Below are positions 62,101 to 64,000 of a stretch of 64,000 nt of DNA, piece after piece. The translations under genes and the position numbers were made by a program. The stretch covers positions 88,094 to 152,093 of the forward strand of contig CAVOXU010000002.1 in assembly GCA_963700535.1 (NCBI GenBank). The letters run 5' to 3'. The DNA is from Chrysiogenales bacterium (GTDB lineage Bacteria; Acidobacteriota; Aminicenantia; UBA2199). The notes under the pieces were generated by a model that ran no database searches, was not told the DNA's origin, and saw only the letters and a list, made by a program, of their open reading frames with translations. Position 1 is the first letter of the stretch. Each line of letters begins with the position of its first letter.

Positions 62101-62297
62101 TGACTGCCTTCACATCGGCATTGGCATTGATTCCCCTGGCCATGAAGGGAAACTTATCGGGAAATGAAATTCAAAGTCCGATGGCTAAAGTGATTTTAGG
62201 TGGTTTACTCACTTCCACCTTGCTGAATATTTATTTCATGCCTGTGGTGTACAGTATTCTCAACAACCGCGGCATCTTAAAACCAAGGAACAAATGA
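59196..62297 (+). CDS. Heavy-metal efflux RND pump, CusA/CzcA family
   Basis: 1033 aa, 12 TM helices, HME-RND family sequence. Confidence 0.85.
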   Translation: MLNSIIKFSLNNKFLVILCTVAVMVVGFYTAANMDVDVFPDLTAPTVVVMTDAHGMAAEEVERLVTFPIETAVNGATDVRRVRSSSAQGYSFVWVEFDWGTDIFKARQIVSEKLISVTSQMPLGIGLPALAPQSSVMGEMFFIGIQAEHTDLMALRTIAEWNVKPLLLATSGVSQVTIIGGEYKQYQVLADPQKMKYYGVSLRELAEICKGISQNSTGGSVRQFGNEYAVRGIARTADLEALGNSYIKSRNGQAILIRDVAEIRIAGAIKMGYASENAKPAIIISVSKQPNTNTLDLTRRIEANLGVLQRTLPPDVKLDTKIFRQADFIETSIGNVKNALFEGSIFVVIILFIFLGGFRTTLISLIAMPLSLLGSIIVLKQLGLNINTMSLGGMAIAIGSLVDDAIIDVENVYKRLKQNLQLPRAERRSIFTVVYEASKEIRASILNATLIIIVAFLPLFFLSGMEGRMLKPLGIAFVVSLFISLVVAMTLTPVLCRMFLSNEVFLKKTEKEKWFIGRLSYYYKNSLAWTLRHKWVVVLSALGLFVLSLAAFLNMGRSFLPEFNEGSLTLSVVCKPGTSLEESNRLGNLVETELLSIPEVASTARRTGRGELDEHSQTVNSAEIDVNFSLKGRSRDIFMADVRGRLAGIPGIASTVGQPLGHRIDHMLSGTRANIAIKIFGNDLHRLFQLGNDIKNSLADVAGLVDVAVDQQIEIPQIQIRAHRGLLAAYGITIQQFNEFVDTAFAGEKVSDIYEGQMRFDLVLRLNKDYTESIEGIRAALIETHDGKVVPLEHVADIVSVAGPSTISRENVQRKIVVSANVSGRDLRSVVSDIQQIINEKITLPKGYRIEYGGQFESETRASQTLLLTSLLSIMIIFMLLFLEFKNFKLAAVILLNLPLAMIGGVFAVYFTAGSLSIPAIIGFITLFGIATRNGILLISSYQQMQWQGFQVQETVINGSLDRLNPILMTAFTSALALIPLAMKGNLSGNEIQSPMAKVILGGLLTSTLLNIYFMPVVYSILNNRGILKPRNK

Positions 62298-63472
62298 AAA
62301 AAATATTGCTGGTAATCATCGTCGCATCAGCTTGCTTATTAACTTACGCCCAGGACGGCATCGACAGGGTCCTGGCCCAGATTGAGCAGAACAACACGAC
62401 CTTGCTGGCTTTGCAGAAACAGATGCAGGCCCAAAAGCTGGCGAATCGGGTAGGCCTCGGCCTGCCCGATCCCGAAGCTGAATTCAACTTCCTGTCCGCC
62501 GCACTTCCCGTGATCGGCAAGCGTACAGATATCAGCATCCGGCAGGCATTTGATTTTCCCACGGCCTATTTCTTCAAAAAGCATATCGCCGCTACCCGTA
62601 ATGAACAACTGGCCTGGGATTTCCAGAAACAACGGCAGGCCCTGCTTTTGGAGGCCCGTTTGACCTGCATCGACCTGGTGCATGCCAATGCCATGCATGA
62701 TGAATTGGCCAGGCGCCTGGCCCGGGCCCAACAGGTCGCCACTTCTTTTCAAGCCAGGTTCGACAGGGGAGAAACAAATATTTTGGAGTTTAACAAGGCG
62801 CAATTGAGCTTGCTGAACGCCAGGCGGGAAGTTGATGCAAACGAGATCGAACGCAATACCCTCTTGGGCGAATTGTCCCGCCTCAACGGCGGCGTGGCCA
62901 TCGATTTTCACGACCGCTCATTCGAGTCACCGACACTGGCAGCTGATTTTGAACAGTGGTATGCGCAAACCGAGAAAATTAATCCTGCCCTGCAATGGCT
63001 TAAGAAAGAAATCGTGATCCTGCAGAAGCAGGTAAAATTGAGCCAGGCATTGAGCCTGCCGCGAATTTCCCTGGGCTACATGAGTGAAAAAACCATAGGC
63101 GAGCGTTTCCATGGGCTTACGGCTGGGATCTCGCTGCCGTTGTGGGAGAAAAAGCATTCCGTTGCACTTGCCAAGGCCAATTCCCTGGCCTGGCAGAGCA
63201 TTGAAGCTGATCAGCGGGCCCAAATCTATTATCAGATGAAAACCCGGCACTCGCAAGCGGTCGCTTTGCAGAAATCAGCCTCGGACTACCGTTCAACCAT
63301 GCAGTCACTGGACAGTTCCGGATTTCTTGATAAAGCATTGGCCAAGGGTGAAATATCTTTAATTGAATACATAATGGAACTCTCTCTTTACTATGACAGC
63401 ATGACCCGTTTGCTCCAGGCGGAACGGGATTGGCACAGAGCCTTTGCCATTTTGAACCAGTATCGGCAATAA
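62294..63472 (+). CDS. TolC-family outer membrane efflux protein (CusC-like)
   Basis: Signal peptide. Two OEP repeats. Confidence 0.75.
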   Translation: MKKILLVIIVASACLLTYAQDGIDRVLAQIEQNNTTLLALQKQMQAQKLANRVGLGLPDPEAEFNFLSAALPVIGKRTDISIRQAFDFPTAYFFKKHIAATRNEQLAWDFQKQRQALLLEARLTCIDLVHANAMHDELARRLARAQQVATSFQARFDRGETNILEFNKAQLSLLNARREVDANEIERNTLLGELSRLNGGVAIDFHDRSFESPTLAADFEQWYAQTEKINPALQWLKKEIVILQKQVKLSQALSLPRISLGYMSEKTIGERFHGLTAGISLPLWEKKHSVALAKANSLAWQSIEADQRAQIYYQMKTRHSQAVALQKSASDYRSTMQSLDSSGFLDKALAKGEISLIEYIMELSLYYDSMTRLLQAERDWHRAFAILNQYRQ

Positions 63473-63480
63473 TACGATCC

Positions 63481-64000
63481 CTACAGGTCCAAGCGGATAG
63501 GCATTGTAACTGAGGTTATTTCGTCCCAATGCAGATGGCGCTGGATGGCGAAGGCCGTCTCGTTGTGCAGCATCTTGTGGTAGAACTTCTCGTGGCGGAA
63601 GGTCAATTTGCCGGTGAACACCGTGGAACGGTGGAACTCGTTCTTGATGTCTTTGCACAACCGGGTAGCGGTCTCGACCACGTCGGTGCCCACGGCGCAG
63701 CGCCAGTCGGCGGCGAAGCCCAGACGTCGGGCCAGCTCCACGTATTTTTGCAAGGAAGCTTTCGATGCTTCTTCGAGGTTTTTCATCTCTTCGGTCCCCT
63801 TGAATGAGCCGGAGTCGACCACGGCCACCGAGGCGAAGATGAAATTTTTGTAGAGGTTGGGAAAATTGCGGATCACCGACAGCACGGTATGCACGCCGAA
63901 GCCGTTGTAGTCGCTGACCAGCTGGATGGCGGTCATCTCCTGGGGGTTGGGCTTTTCCAGGTTCGCCTTGCGGCTGGTGGGGATGTCCATCAGCAGGTCG
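63481..64000 (-). CDS. Hypothetical protein, C-terminal part (N-terminus lies beyond the window end)
   Basis: The frame is open to position 64000. No confident family assignment. Confidence 0.4.
   Translation of the reverse strand, partial: DLLMDIPTSRKANLEKPNPQEMTAIQLVSDYNGFGVHTVLSVIRNFPNLYKNFIFASVAVVDSGSFKGTEEMKNLEEASKASLQKYVELARRLGFAADWRCAVGTDVVETATRLCKDIKNEFHRSTVFTGKLTFRHEKFYHKMLHNETAFAIQRHLHWDEITSVTMPIRLDL

Noticed and set aside
1-64000. Scan for tRNA, rRNA, tmRNA, riboswitch and prophage or integrase signatures.
   Set aside because: No cloverleaf-compatible ~75-nt segments with conserved GTTC/T-loop context were spotted in the intergenic regions, and no integrase or phage structural genes are present. 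A weak riboswitch could not be excluded by eye.

Overview
This is a bacterial chromosomal window of moderately high GC, probably from a metagenome-assembled or otherwise error-prone genome. It is gene-dense housekeeping DNA. There are no rRNA or tRNA genes, no CRISPR arrays and no prophage.

Main content, in order:
- a secreted C69 dipeptidase (partial), a DUF4405 membrane protein and an RlmD/RumA rRNA methyltransferase
- an HD hydrolase, an LptB-like ABC ATPase and a PflX-like radical SAM gene, all overlapping
- a DUF401 membrane protein
- a REP-associated tyrosine transposase (RAYT) locus with three identical 28-bp perfect palindromes
- a PseG-like glycosyltransferase and ornithine aminotransferase
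- a fatty-acid and ribosome cluster (yceD-rpmF-plsX-fabG-acpP-fabF) and an M16 peptidase
- an ECF sigma/anti-sigma operon divergent from a secreted CHAT-domain protease
- a class II aldolase and fabD
- a pilMNOPQ type IV pilus operon followed by lipoproteins, a TPR protein and a roadblock/LC7 protein
- alpha-glucan phosphorylase, and the rsmB-fmt-def operon
- mutL and a hybrid PAS histidine kinase
- a phosphate super-cluster (DUF47-PiT, pstSCAB-pstB2, phoU)
- a lysine 2,3-aminomutase operon carrying two Ddl-like ATP-grasp ligases and a GNAT (candidate novel beta-lysine peptide or solute pathway)
- corA, trpB2 and a YgiQ radical SAM gene
- a CsoR-regulated cusBA-tolC metal efflux system

The most unusual non-coding signal is a dispersed family of intergenic elements. 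Each is built from two inverted arms made of tandem 6-7-nt units, with different unit sequences at every locus.

Caveat: at least 20 conserved genes show single-base frame breaks (fabF, pilQ three times, pstS, pstA, pstB2, phoU, glgP, rsmB, corA and others). This argues for assembly indel errors rather than true pseudogenes.
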